A stretch of DNA of 63,287 nucleotides, filler included, from Octopus bimaculoides (GCF_001194135.2; 5 parts of 5 records of this genome joined end to end with filler, not necessarily neighbours in it); one strand, 5' to 3'; positions 1 to 10,933 are shown, numbered from the whole stretch's first letter. Numbers and translations: made by a program. The notes: generated by a model not told the origin, from the letters alone.

Positions 1-182
1 TCTGGAATGTCGAACAGAGGAATTTCGCACAGACATACAACGCATCCAGTCATAAGAAGGTCTGTAGAAAAAGAGAGAGAGAAACCAAATTGTATAATTG
101 ATAAGAAATCTAAAAATATATAAATCAAAAATGTAATGTAAGATTTTCTTTGTGAAATGTTATTTGGGAACACCTTTTGAGC

Positions 183-317
183 GTTGGGCCTCACAGAGAC
201 AAAGTGACTGAGTTCCTTTTGAGTGTTGGGCCTCACAGAGGCAAAGTGGCTGAGTTCCTTTTGAGTTTGGGCCTCGTGGAGGCAAAGTGGCTGAGTTCCT
301 TTCGAGTGTTGGGCTTC
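183..317 (+). repeat. 42-bp minisatellite, about 3.2 copies
   Basis: Unit gttgggcctcacagag(a/g)caaagtg(a/g)ctgagttccttttgagt starts at 183, 225, ~266 and 308. Confidence 0.85.
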
Positions 318-569
318 ATTTTGGAGAAGCTTAACTTTGATTAAAACATTTCCATATATTTGGCAATATCTGATACCAAAATCTTTGATCTAACAGATAC
401 AAACCCAGCTTGTGGAAAACAACTGTATCTATATGTTAGATATATGATATCTATATGTTAGATATCACAATCAGTGACAAAATAAAATGGCATCACACTT
501 TCTAAGGTTAATTTCTATTATAAAAACTACAACTACAGTAAAAAAAAAAACCATCTATATATTATACTT

Positions 570-638
<69 letters not shown>

Positions 639-1229
639 GGTGTCGTGATGACGATGACGATGACGATGACGATGGCATGGGTCATATGGTTAGGCAGAAA
701 CTGATGAGTTCAAGAACTGCTTTGAGCTCCGATGTCTACTTTGACATACAGCTGGTCTACTTTCACATACATACATAGAGTAGACATACGATGTCTACTT
801 TGTCACACATTTGCCATACGTCTTGCTAGCCACTGGCAAGGCATCATTTGTTTGTCTCCCCCCAATATATATATATATATATACTGTGTTTATAACACAG
901 CATGTCTCTAAGAGATTTTTATTCCAGACGAAATAAAATGTCTCTCTTAACACCAACCATTTTACAACATGGACCAGGTGCTTTCTTTGTGCTACCCACA
1001 CTAATGCAGTTGCCATGTTGTTTTCAGGACAAGTCTTAGGGTAGGGAGTGGGGGAGCTTCAAACTAGGGGACAAGGAGATTGCTATGAGAGAGGGAAGCA
1101 AATTAGATTCCTGCAGAAAGATCTGCATGGCTACTCTCACATAATATGGTGACCAACGATGCAGACTCAATTGTGACAGGGCATATAAATATATTTACAC
1201 AAAATATGATAAATTATTTGTTCACTTAC

Positions 1230-1361
1230 ACTTTAGAAAGATCGATTAATTCAGAAAAATTGGTATTGCCTTCTGCTTCAAGAATTTGACCAAATCTTTC
1301 CACGATTACTTTTAACCGTTTGTCGAGGTCAAAGTGGAAAGGAAACGTTCGGATCCAGTAT
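1230..1361 (-). CDS. RASGRP: RasGRP-like exon YWIRTFPFHFDLDKRLKVIVERFGQILEAEGNTNFSELIDLSK(V); gene continues beyond window start
   Basis: 132 nt, phase 2-2, ttttttatttag acceptor and gtaagt donor. Aligns to the end of the RasGRP REM domain (YWITEF...F.MD..L...F.EL...EG...LID). Confidence 0.94.
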
Positions 1362-1717
1362 CTAAATAAAAAACAAAACAAAACATCAATGAAATGACAG
1401 GTAAGCATGAAATTAGATAATGGTTTCAAATTTTGGTACAAAGCCAGTAATTTTGTGGGGAGGGATAAATTAATTATATTGACCCCTGGGTACCATGCAG
1501 TGGGATGGAACTCAGAGCCACATGGTTGTGAAGTGAACTGTTTAACCACACAACCCTGCCCTATGTTTCATATTTACATCTAATCATATATTTGATACTC
1601 TAAAGAAGATGTTAAGAATCTTAGCAACAACAATTCACATCAGATATACAGATATTTAAAAGAAATTATTTGACCTTTTTCATACCATCTCACCTGAAAC
1701 TAACTCTGGATCTATAA

Positions 1718-1895
1718 CAGTGCTCCACAACCAGAATACCACAGCACACTGGTGTGTCACAAGACAATACTAGGTGTGCCGCAGAATATAACTTTTTGTC
1801 CCCATACATTTAGTTATAGTTTTAGTTCAGGTGTGCTACCAAATTTTGAAACGAATACAAGTGTGGCGCAAATGAAAAAAAGTTGCAGAGCACTG
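1718..1895. mobile_element. hAT-like MITE, 178 bp
   Basis: Termini CAGTGCTCCACAAC and GTTGCAGAGCACTG; 8-bp TSD atctataa/atctgtaa. Confidence 0.8.
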
Positions 1896-2109
1896 ATCTG
1901 TAATACAAACATTTTGTCTTAAAGGAATTCAAATTCAAATCTTCCATCAAAATTTTGCTTTAACTTATGTCCCAGACACCAGTTTAACAATGACAAAGTT
2001 ATTTTACTAAACTCTTAATTATTTTAAAATTTAATTGAAAAAGCAGCAATGTATTTTAGCAGAAATATGGTAACAAAAGGATTAAAATTTAGCAGAAATA
2101 TAATTTGAA

Positions 2110-2267
2110 ATTTTGTTGTGTCTGGAGAGAGTCATTCTCTTTTAGTGCCTTATCATTTAATACACTCACCGGTAAAGTTTCCTTTTAAATGAGTGGAAAT
2201 TTTACCGGTGAGTGTGTTAAATAATAAGGTACTAAAAGAGAATGACTCTCCCCAGACACAACAAAAT
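2110..2267. repeat. Fold-back inverted repeat (73-bp arms, 5 mismatches, 12-nt loop), probably a hairpin MITE
   Basis: Arm 2110-2182 is the reverse complement of 2195-2267. Confidence 0.92.
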
Positions 2268-2342
2268 ATGCTTCAACACACAAACTCACATAAAGATTCT
2301 TGAATTACCAAATCCAAAAACGAAATAATTTGAAATATTTAC

Positions 2343-2456
2343 CTGAAAACATGGCATATTTTTGCTTTGTAAACCTGTAGAGAACAATCTTGTTGCTGTG
2401 GGGTGTGTGAACATTTTACAGCTTCACATTGTATTGTATCTTCTACACCAAGATAT
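2343..2456 (-). CDS. RASGRP: RasGRP-like REM exon YLGVEDTIQCEAVKCSHTPQQQDCSLQVYKAKICHVF(R)
   Basis: 114 nt, phase 2-2, gtaaat donor. KICHVFR joined to YWI matches the RasGRP KICYFVRYWI motif. Confidence 0.93.
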
Positions 2457-2752
2457 CTAAAACACTTAAGTCAAGGAATGTTTACATGAAAAAAAGAGTT
2501 CCTGCAGGAGTTATTCTCTGCTTTCCTGGGACAATTAATAAGACTGATATTGTACATGGTCTTGTTTTAGTTAATGTTGATAAGAAAAAAATTTCAAAGG
2601 GCATTTTAAGGGGTTATCTTAACATATAGTATTTAAACTGACTACATTTGGCTCAAATATTCTACCTAATTTATGTTCAAACTGGCCAGATTCAACCTCT
2701 CTCATTCTAAAAATAAAAAATAACATCATCAAAATCTCAAAGCTACAAAATA

Positions 2753-3387
2753 CTGTAAAAACCCATGTAATTTACGCACTTTTTTCGCAAAAACAAAAAT
2801 AAACTTTAAGGGGTGCGTAAATTATGAGTAAATCCCAGGTCTTCCCAGGTAGACCCAGGTAGACTCAGGTAGACCCAAGAAGACCTGGGATGAGATGGTG
2901 AAGCATGACCTTAGAACGTTGGGCCTCACGGAGGCAATGACAAGCGGCCGAGACCTTTGGAGATATGCTGTGCTTGAGAAGACCTGGCAAGCCAAGTGAG
3001 ACTGTAACCATGGCCTTTGCCAGTGCAGCATAACCAGCCCATTTAAGAGTACCCTTCAATCATTGGGCAATATACTGTGGGCAAGAAATGTAAACTAAAG
3101 TTTATTATAAACAACACAAACACTTCATAATTAAATAGCTTTCAATGCGATACCTGTTAAACAGAAATTATTTTTATTTGGTGAAAATTAAATAAAATGT
3201 AATCATAAGTAAGTGAAATTATGCTAAATACAACTAAATTGAAAACCTTTTTTCCCTGACCTTATTGGTAATTCTGAAAACTTTTGGGTGCAAATTTTAC
3301 ATGAATAGAAGCTTTATTTAACAATTTTTATCCTGAAAATCACATGCATAAATTACACAGGTGCGCAAATTACATGGGTTTTACATG
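2753..3387. mobile_element. TA-flanked TIR element (pogo/Tigger-like MITE) nested in another repeat
   Basis: Left TA|CTGTAAAAACCCATGTAATTTACGCAC, right GTGCGCAAATTACATGGGTTTTACATG|TA. The uninterrupted host repeat is visible at ~3565-3615. Confidence 0.75.
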
Positions 3388-4065
3388 TATGATTAATTCA
3401 AAAACAATATGAATGTTACATTTCTCAGAGTAGTCTGAATGCTTAAGGAATATACCAGCCATATCCAGTTTAGATATTCTACTAGTTTCATGTTGATCCA
3501 GACCAGATCTGGTCTCTCATACCTACTCTACAATGTCACTCTAAAAATAAAAAAAATCACATAATCAAAATGTCAAAGCTACAAAATAATGTCTGATTAA
3601 TTCAAAACAATATGAATAAATAAACATTACATTTGACAGTCTGAGTCCTAAGGGGGTCAAAGAGGGAAAGAGATTAGGGAAATGATGGAGTAATTTGATG
3701 AGGCACAGTAAAACGAAACACCAAGAGGTGGAGAACTGGATATATGAGATAGGCGTTAACAGGTCTTCAGTGCAGCTGGTTAATTCAAAGAAATAGAAAC
3801 TGTAAAAGAAACAGATGAGAAATAGAAGGAAACTCCAATGCAAAAGAATGCTTAAAGTAGTAGATGTTATTCTTGTTGCTTATGCCAGTGTTTCTCAAAC
3901 TATCTGATGTGGGGTACCAGCAGTTTTTTTTTCTCCAATGTGCCAGGGACTGGTAATATTTCTTAGTAATATTAATTTATATCAGAAACAATATATATAT
4001 GATGAATATAATAAAAGTTAACAATTTTTTTTTATCTTATATTTATTTTGTAAACAAAAGGTATA

Positions 4066-4451
4066 GGAGTGGCTGTGGTAAGTAGCTTGCTTACCAACCA
4101 CATGGTTCTGGGTTCAGTCCCACTGTGTGGCACCTTGGGCAAGTGTCTATAACTATAGCCTTGGGCCGACCAAAGCCTTGTGAGTGGATTCGGTAGATGG
4201 AAACTGAAAGAAGCCCATCATATATATGTATATGTATGTATGTGTGTGTATATGTTTGTGTGTCTGTGTTTGTCCCCCAAACATCGCTTGACAACCGATG
4301 CTGGTGTGTTTACACTGCTGTAACTAGCAGTTCGGCAAAAGAGACTGATAGAATAAGTACTAAGCTTACAAAGAATAAGTCCTAGGGTCGATTTGCTCGA
4401 CTAAAGGTGGTGCCCCAGCATGGCCACAGTCAAATGATTGAAACAAGTAAA
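4066..4451 (+). mobile_element. tRNA-derived SINE, family A (ggagtggctgtg(t)ggtaagtagcttgc...), near full length
   Basis: tRNA-like head with GGTTCAGTCCC B-box-like motif. Copies recur at ~5330(-), 7705(-), 18670(-), 20520(-), 21115(+), 28800(+) and 42910(+). Confidence 0.85.
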
Positions 4452-5252
4452 AGAATATATATATATATATANNNNNNNNNNNNNNNNNNNNNNNNNNNNN
4501 NNNNNNNNNNNNNNNNNNNNNNNNNNNNNNNNNNNNNNNNNNNNNNNNNNNNNNNNNNNNNNNNNNNNNNNNNNNNNNNNNNNNNNNNNNNNNNNNNNNN
4601 NNNNNNNNNNNNNNNNNNNNNNNNNNNNNNNNNNNNNNNNNNNNNNNNNNNNNNNNNNNNNNNNNNNNNNNNNNNNNNNNNNNNNNNNNNNNNNNNNNNN
4701 NNNNNNNNNNNNNNNNNNNNNNNNNNNNNNNNNNNNNNNNNNNNNNNNNNNNNNNNNNNNNNNNNNNNNNNNNNNNNNNNNNNNNNNNNNNNNNNNNNNN
4801 NNNNNNNNNNNNNNNNNNNNNNNNNNNNNNNNNNNNNNNNNNNNNNNNNNNNNNNNNNNNNNNNNNNNNNNNNNNNNNNNNNNNNNNNNNNNNNNNNNNN
4901 NNNNNNNNNNNNNNNNNNNNNNNNNNNNNNNNNNNNNNNNNNNNNNNNNNNNNNNNNNNNNNNNNNNNNNNNNNNNNNNNNNNNNNNNNNNNNNNNNNNN
5001 NNNNNNNNNNNNNNNNNNNNNNNNNNNNNNNNNNNNNNNNNNNNNNNNNNNNNNNNNNNNNNNNNNNNNNNNNNNNNNNNNNNNNNNNNNNNNNNNNNNN
5101 NNNNNNNNNNNNNNNNNNNNNNNNNNNNNNNNNNNNNNNNNNNNNNNNNNNNNNNNNNNNNNNNNNNNNNNNNNNNNNNNNNNNNNNNNNNNNNNNNNNN
5201 NNNNNNNNNNNNNNNNNNNNNNNNNNNNNNNNNNNNNNNNNNNNNNNNNNNN

Positions 5253-5319
<67 letters not shown>

Positions 5320-5329
5320 TACACAACAG

Positions 5330-5480
5330 ACTTCTTTCAGTTTCCATCTACCAAATCCACTCACAAGGCTTTGGTCAGCCCAAGGCTATACTAGAAGACA
5401 CTTGCCCAAGGTGCACACAGCAGGACTGAACCCCAAACCATGAAGTCAAGATGCAAGCTTCTTACCACACAGCCATGCCT
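5330..5480 (-). mobile_element. SINE family A, 5' part
   Basis: Reverse complement of 4066-4220. Confidence 0.8.
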
Positions 5481-5630
5481 GTTTTTTTTTTTAAGAATGA
5501 CATTGTAGGATAGGTGTGAGAAGCTGGATCTAGCTGGTTTGAACTTAAAACAGCTGGAATATTTGGGCCTGATATGGCCCAAGTTTAAATGTTAATGCGT
5601 TAAAGTTTCTACAATGATTTTAAAGGATAC

Positions 5631-5736
5631 AATTCTACGAGATGTTCTGCCAGTTCCTGAGATGGTATAAACCATTTATGCATGAGAAGTAAAACGCGTG
5701 GATAGAACGAGTCATCAACCAAACTACCACTGGGAC
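5631..5736 (-). CDS. RASGRP: RasGRP-like REM exon (C)PSGSLVDDSFYPRVLLLMHKWFIPSQELAEHLVE(L)
   Basis: 106 nt, phase 1-2, ttcttttctttcag acceptor and gtatcc donor. LLMHKWFIPSQEL matches the REM motif (L-x-MH-x-W/I-F/V-x-x-S-x-EL). Not in the ORF track; read by hand. Confidence 0.93.
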
Positions 5737-5871
5737 CTGAAAGAAAAGAAAATATTTTATCAAATAAGTTGCAGTTAAATATGTTTCAGTTTCTTTTGAT
5801 CAGAATATATAGTATTTTAGAAATGAAGGAAGTCTCAAAAGCAGGAGAATTGCTGTGAAAACAGCTTAGAG

Positions 5872-6144
5872 CAGGGGTGGGGAAACCCCCACCCACGAGT
5901 GCAATTGCGCCCATGAGCCCATTTTATTGCACCCACAGGCTGGTATATTTGTATGTACAAAATACAGAAAATGTTTCAATTATGAAATTTGTGCAATATT
6001 CGTATGCCTATTTGCAACGTAGGTCACATTTCCATTATGACATAAAAGGGTCAGACTCGAACAGAAAATCGTCCAGTAATTGCCATTTGAATGGAAATTT
6101 TGTTATCACTATAAAACACATATTGCTAGGTTTGTACCACCCCT
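5872..6144. mobile_element. hAT-like MITE relic
   Basis: Starts CAGGGGTGGGGAAAC; degraded gtaccacccct at the right end, next to a SINE insertion. Confidence 0.45.
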
Positions 6145-6157
6145 TTGGGACCCAACT

Positions 6158-6500
6158 TAAAAAAAAAAAAAAAATAGGAGCACTCCGTCGCTTACAGCGT
6201 CGAGGGTCCCAGCTGATATGATCAACAGAACAGCTTGCTCGTGAAATTAACGTGCAAGTGGCTGAGCACTCCACAAACACGTGTACCCCTAATGTAGTTC
6301 TCAAGGAGATTCAGTGTGACACAGAGTATGACAAGGCTGGCCCTTTGAAATACAGGCACTACTCATTTTTGCCAGCTGAGTGGACTGGAGCAACGTGAAA
6401 TAAAGTGTCTTGCTCAAGGACACAACGCGTCACCGGGAGTTGAACTCACGATCTTACGATCGTGAGCCGAATGCCCTAACCACTAAGCCATGCACCTTCA
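6158..6500 (-). mobile_element. Full-length tRNA-derived SINE, family C, with 13-bp target-site duplication
   Basis: TSD ttgggacccaact (6145-6157) and ttgggaccgaact (6501-6513). The body gaaattaacgtgcaagtggctgagcactccac recurs at ~28400, 39720-39890 and 41330-41510. Confidence 0.85.
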
Positions 6501-6634
6501 TTGGGACCGAACTACACTCTAGCTGAAAAATAAAGACCTTTTAAGTGATATAAACGTCCTAAGTTCAGTGGCGATGTTAATGAAGATACTACGTGCTAAT
6601 TTAATGTGTTAAATCTTAATTAATGTATATCGAA

Positions 6635-6644
<10 letters not shown>

Positions 6645-6667
<23 letters not shown>

Positions 6668-6800
6668 GTTTAACGTCCGCTTTCCATGCTAGCATGGGTT
6701 GGACGGTTTGACTGAGGACTGGCGAACCAGATGGCTGCACCAGGCTCCAATCTCATCTGGCAGAGTTTCTACAGCTGGACGCCCTTCCTAACGCCAACCA
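6645..6800 (-). mobile_element. SINE/RTE-type 3' tail ending in (GAT)n, family E
   Basis: catcatc gtttaacgtccgctttccatgctagcatgggttggacg motif; related copies at ~12230-12515, 12825-13220, 15000, 25680-25800 and 26345-26470. Confidence 0.8.
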
Positions 6801-6872
6801 AAGCTTTGGTAGACAGAAACTGAAAGAAGCCTGATGCATGTGTGTGCGCATGTGTGTGTGTGTGTGTATGTA

Positions 6873-7515
6873 CCAGGTCTGATCTATAAGTATCCAGACT
6901 GTTGCCATAGTAACGAAGCTAAAGCATGCACAGCTTGGCCAAGGCTGACCTTGAACTCTGCTGTGCAGAGTTTTTAATGTTTTAGCTCACTTCTGCTGTT
7001 TACAGCAATGCTTGGAAGGAAGGTGTGTAGCGTGTGATTGTCACATTGACCATGACAGATGAAGTTGTCATGAGGATACCTGCTCAGAGGCCTATGAAGA
7101 GTCACAGAAAGTGTATGGAGAAGAGTGTATGAGCAGCACACAAGTGTACAAGTGGTTCAGACATTTCCAAGATGGCCGAAAAAATGTCGATATTGACAAA
7201 CATCCTGGGAGAAAAACATTGCAGATGTGCATGCAGCTGTGAGGGGAAATCATTGAATCACCATCCATGAGTTATCAGAGGATGTGCAGATTAGTTATAG
7301 TTCAGTTCAGTCCATTATCACTGATGATTTGGGTATGAGACACGTGTCTGCCAAGTTTGTGCCAAGACTGCTTTTAGCTGACTAAAGAGACACTCAGGTT
7401 TCAGTTGCACAAGATCTTGAGTGTGTCAAGAATGATAAAAAGTTTTTGAAAACTTTGTGTATGCCTCTGAGCAGGTATCACCAAGCTTTTGGCAAAATTT
7501 GAAGCAGATTCTCTG
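6873..7515 (+). mobile_element. Decayed mariner transposon, 5' part, cut off by a SINE
   Basis: TA|CCAGGTCTGATCTATAAGTATCCAGACTG TIR-like end. Translates to QKVYGEECMSSTQVYKWFRHFQDGRKNVDIDKHPGR (HTH) and GMRHVSAKFVPRLL (WVPHEL-type motif), with stops. Confidence 0.88.
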
Positions 7516-8341
7516 AAATAAAGTGTCTTGCTCAAGAACACAACACACAGCCCGGTCCGGGATTCGAACTCAAAACCTCACGATCGTAAGCTTAATGCTC
7601 TAACCACTGAGCCATGCGCCTTCACACACACACACACACACATATATATGTATGTATGTATGTATGCATGTATGTATGTATGTATATACTTATATATATA
7701 AATATATATATACGATGAGCTTCTTTCAATTTCTAACTACCAAATCCACTTATAAGGCTTTGGTTGGCCCAAGGTGCCACGCAGTGGGACTGAACCTGGA
7801 ACCATGTGGTTGGGAAGCAAACTTCTTACCACACAGCCAAGCTGGTGCCTATTTGTTGAGAAATCATTATCAAATAATAAAAATAACATTTAAAACAAAA
7901 AATCATGTTAATACCAAATTATATAAAAGTAATTAAGTCATATGGTAATTAACCAATGTAATGCTTTTTACACAATTTTTAAATACCTTAGCATTAACGA
8001 GGGAATAAACACATAAAAATTGAAAGAGAGCATTCATAAATTGCTATTTTTATGCATTTATTGTATAACAACTATTTTTGGAAAAGTACAAAGCCATTTA
8101 CGAACTACTTAGAACCGAAATGGAGCTAACAACACCAAGAATTATCAACATAACACAAACAATGTGGATGAAATTAGGTGTTAACACAACAAACCTCCAT
8201 GGAATTTTGTATCTTGTTACGAATGTTGTAGTGAATGTGGTCAATGGAAGAAAAAAAAAAATGGAAAATTTTAAGAAATAGAAATGTTGTTATTGTTAGG
8301 GGTGTAGTATGTATTACGCATCTGAATATATAATAGCAATC

Positions 8342-8841
8342 GTTGTTATCATCACCGTTATTGTCATCCCATTCATCATCATCACCATCATCATCATCAG
8401 CATCATCATCAGCATCATCATCGTCAGCAGCAGCAGCATCACTATCATACCATCACCATCATCACGTGCACCATAATTCTCATCTTGACAATCACCATCA
8501 TCATCATCATCATCATCACTATCACACCATCATCATGACCACCATCATCATCACCATCACAATCATTACCACCACCATCATCATCATTATTATCGCCGTC
8601 ATCATCGCCATCATCATCACCATCATCATTATCATCATCATCATTATCACACCATCACCATCATCGTCATGACCACAATCATCACCACCATCATCACCAC
8701 CATCATCATCTCCATGAGCACCATATTCCTCACCACCACCATCATCACAATCATCACCAACATCATCATTTTCACCACCATCAGCAGCAGCAGCAGCACA
8801 TCACCACCACCATCATCATCATCACATCACCATCGCATTAA

Positions 8842-8873
<32 letters not shown>

Positions 8874-8990
8874 ACATCATCATCAACATCATCATCATCA
8901 CCATCACCATATTATCATCATCATCATAATCATCATCATCCTCACCAGCATCACTGTCATCACATCACCATCATCACCATATTATATCCA
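8342..8990. repeat. ~650-bp mosaic CAT/CAC/CAG trinucleotide tract
   Basis: Direct reading; the poly-S/H/I ORFs in the track are by-products. Confidence 0.9.
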
Positions 8991-9039
8991 TGCTTATATG
9001 GGTTGGATGGGTTTAGCAGCACACTGCCGCTCATGGTCT

Positions 9040-9555
9040 TTAGTCATCCAACACAAATAACCTGAGATATAACCAACCAGCTTCATCCTTAAGTTGTTCC
9101 CTGCCCCCATCTTCTCCATCAAGAATAAGGACTCAGTACCACAACAGCTTGGGTTTCAAGGGTCCACAACTATCCAACATTCAAGGGTCCACAACTATTC
9201 AGCATTCATGGGTCCACAGCTATCCAACATCCAAGGGTCCACAGCTATCCAGCATTCATGGGTCCACAGTTATCCAACATCCAAGGGTCCACAGCTTTCC
9301 AACATTCAAGGGTCCACAACAATCCAACATTCTGTCAGAGATGTACAAGGTGTAGATGTGGAGGTCTTCAAAGTGCATCTGAACAAATTTCCGTCTGAGA
9401 TACCAGATGAACCCACATCATGACAGGCGGCACAAAGAAGAGCAGCTCTGTCCAACTCGCTACTTCACCGGAAATAATACAGAAAAGACACCCAATTATA
9501 CCAAAAGGCAATGCCCCAACATGGCCTCAGTCTCTGGCTGAAACCAATAAATCAA
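9040..9555 (+). mobile_element. CR1/L2-group LINE 3' fragment with an internal 25-bp x7 tandem expansion (9157-9331)
   Basis: QGPQ.SNI followed by RDVQGVDVEVFKVHLNKF...IPDEP, typical of the C-terminus of CR1/L2-type ORF2. Confidence 0.7.
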
Positions 9556-9599
9556 ATGGTGGCTTATGGCTGTGTAACTTTGTCATCACCAACCAATTC

Positions 9600-10085
9600 A
9601 CTACATGAACTTGGTTTATTTTATTATTGTCCTAGCACTACTTTTGTACTGCTGTACTTTGATATATGGAGTATTGAAGTACAGCTGATATGGAGTGAAG
9701 AACCCAAGCAGTTGAGTACAAGTGTTCCAGAAGGCTGCTACACGTCCCATATGCAGAGCTCTGTTAGGCAACAAATCAACAAATACACTGACAGAGAGGA
9801 ACCACTCCTTGTGCAGGTAAAAAGATGAAAGCTCGACTGCTGCAGATACATGTCTTGCTATAATGCCATGTTCAAAACGGGACACAGTTGAAGGCAGTGG
9901 GACAAAAGAGAGGCAGACAGAGAAAATCCTGGTTGGACAACATCAAAGAATGGACAGATCACAGTACTGCAACCTTTCTGTGCAAGACAGAGAACAGTGG
10001 TGACGGCTCAGTGCAAAAGCATCTAGAACGGTACCCCAATGACTTGCAGCATCAGTTAAGAGATTTTGAAGATGATGATGATGAC
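9600..10085 (+). mobile_element. RTE-clade LINE 3' fragment
   Basis: VRQQINKYTDREEPLLVQVKR and RGRQRKSWLDNIKEWT, ending in a (GAT)n tail. Confidence 0.82.
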
Positions 10086-10303
10086 TTAGATACATTAATA
10101 TTTTCATCTACAATAAACAGACTAGAAAATTAACCTTTCTCAGATCAATATTTAATGGATTGCTGTAAATTATGTTTATTAAACATTTTATTATGTGAAG
10201 GCACATTTAATGATTTAATGAGATAATAATTTTTCAGGCTATTAACCGCATGTATATGTTGTGTACATGTGTGTGTATGTATGTGTGTTTGCACACATGT
10301 GTT

Positions 10304-10334
<31 letters not shown>

Positions 10335-10893
10335 GCTTGTGTTTTATATTTATTTAATATTTCAATTGGTTTGATCTTCAATTACAATCAGAGATCAAAC
10401 CGATTAAAATATAGTGTAATTTGATGATGTAAATATTCACTGCACAAATAAGGTTAATAGTCCAGAAAATTATAATCTCATTAACAATAACTCACCAGAG
10501 AACTATATACAGACAACTAATGTTCATAAGATATCATAAAATGGTTAAAAACGTATTTAACAATGCCACAATATACTCCTTGTAATAGTTGGGTCATTCT
10601 TCAAAAGATGTCTATCTGTTGCATGACTATTATGAGTAAGATGAAGTTTTTATTAATAAACTGACCATATTGGTAGACCTAAGTGTGAAATCGAGAAATT
10701 TCAGCCATATAAAACTATGTGGAACTGTATGTAAAAGCATATATAAAACATGCAAAAACATATACAGACACACACACACATGTACACATACACATACTCA
10801 CACACACACACACACACTCATACACACACAGACACTCGATTTACAGGCATCCACACAATACACACAGAGACACGGACACAGACATTCACACTA

Positions 10894-10933
10894 ACTGTCC
10901 GATGAACGGGAACGTGAAACTCAGAGTAACAGT
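10894..10933 (+). ncRNA. Minimal type I hammerhead-ribozyme-like motif (U4C variant), Penelope pLTR-type
   Basis: ACTGT-CCGATGA-ACG(GGAA)CGT-GAAA-CTCAGAG-TA-ACAGT: stems I and II pair, stem III is quasi-palindromic, and the GUA cleavage triplet is present. Confidence 0.55.

Larger units (their letters stand above)
2457..5630 (-). other. U12-type (minor spliceosome) GT-AG intron, 3174 bp
   Basis: Donor GTATCCTTT (plus 5622-5630), branch site TTCCTTGAC (plus 2470-2478) with the branch A 14 nt from the 3' end, no real polypyrimidine tract, and flanking exons join in frame. Confidence 0.9.

Noticed and set aside
9157-9331. Regular short repeats as a CRISPR array (also 183-317, 56741-56860)
   Set aside because: Head-to-tail units with no unique spacers, no cas genes, eukaryotic context.
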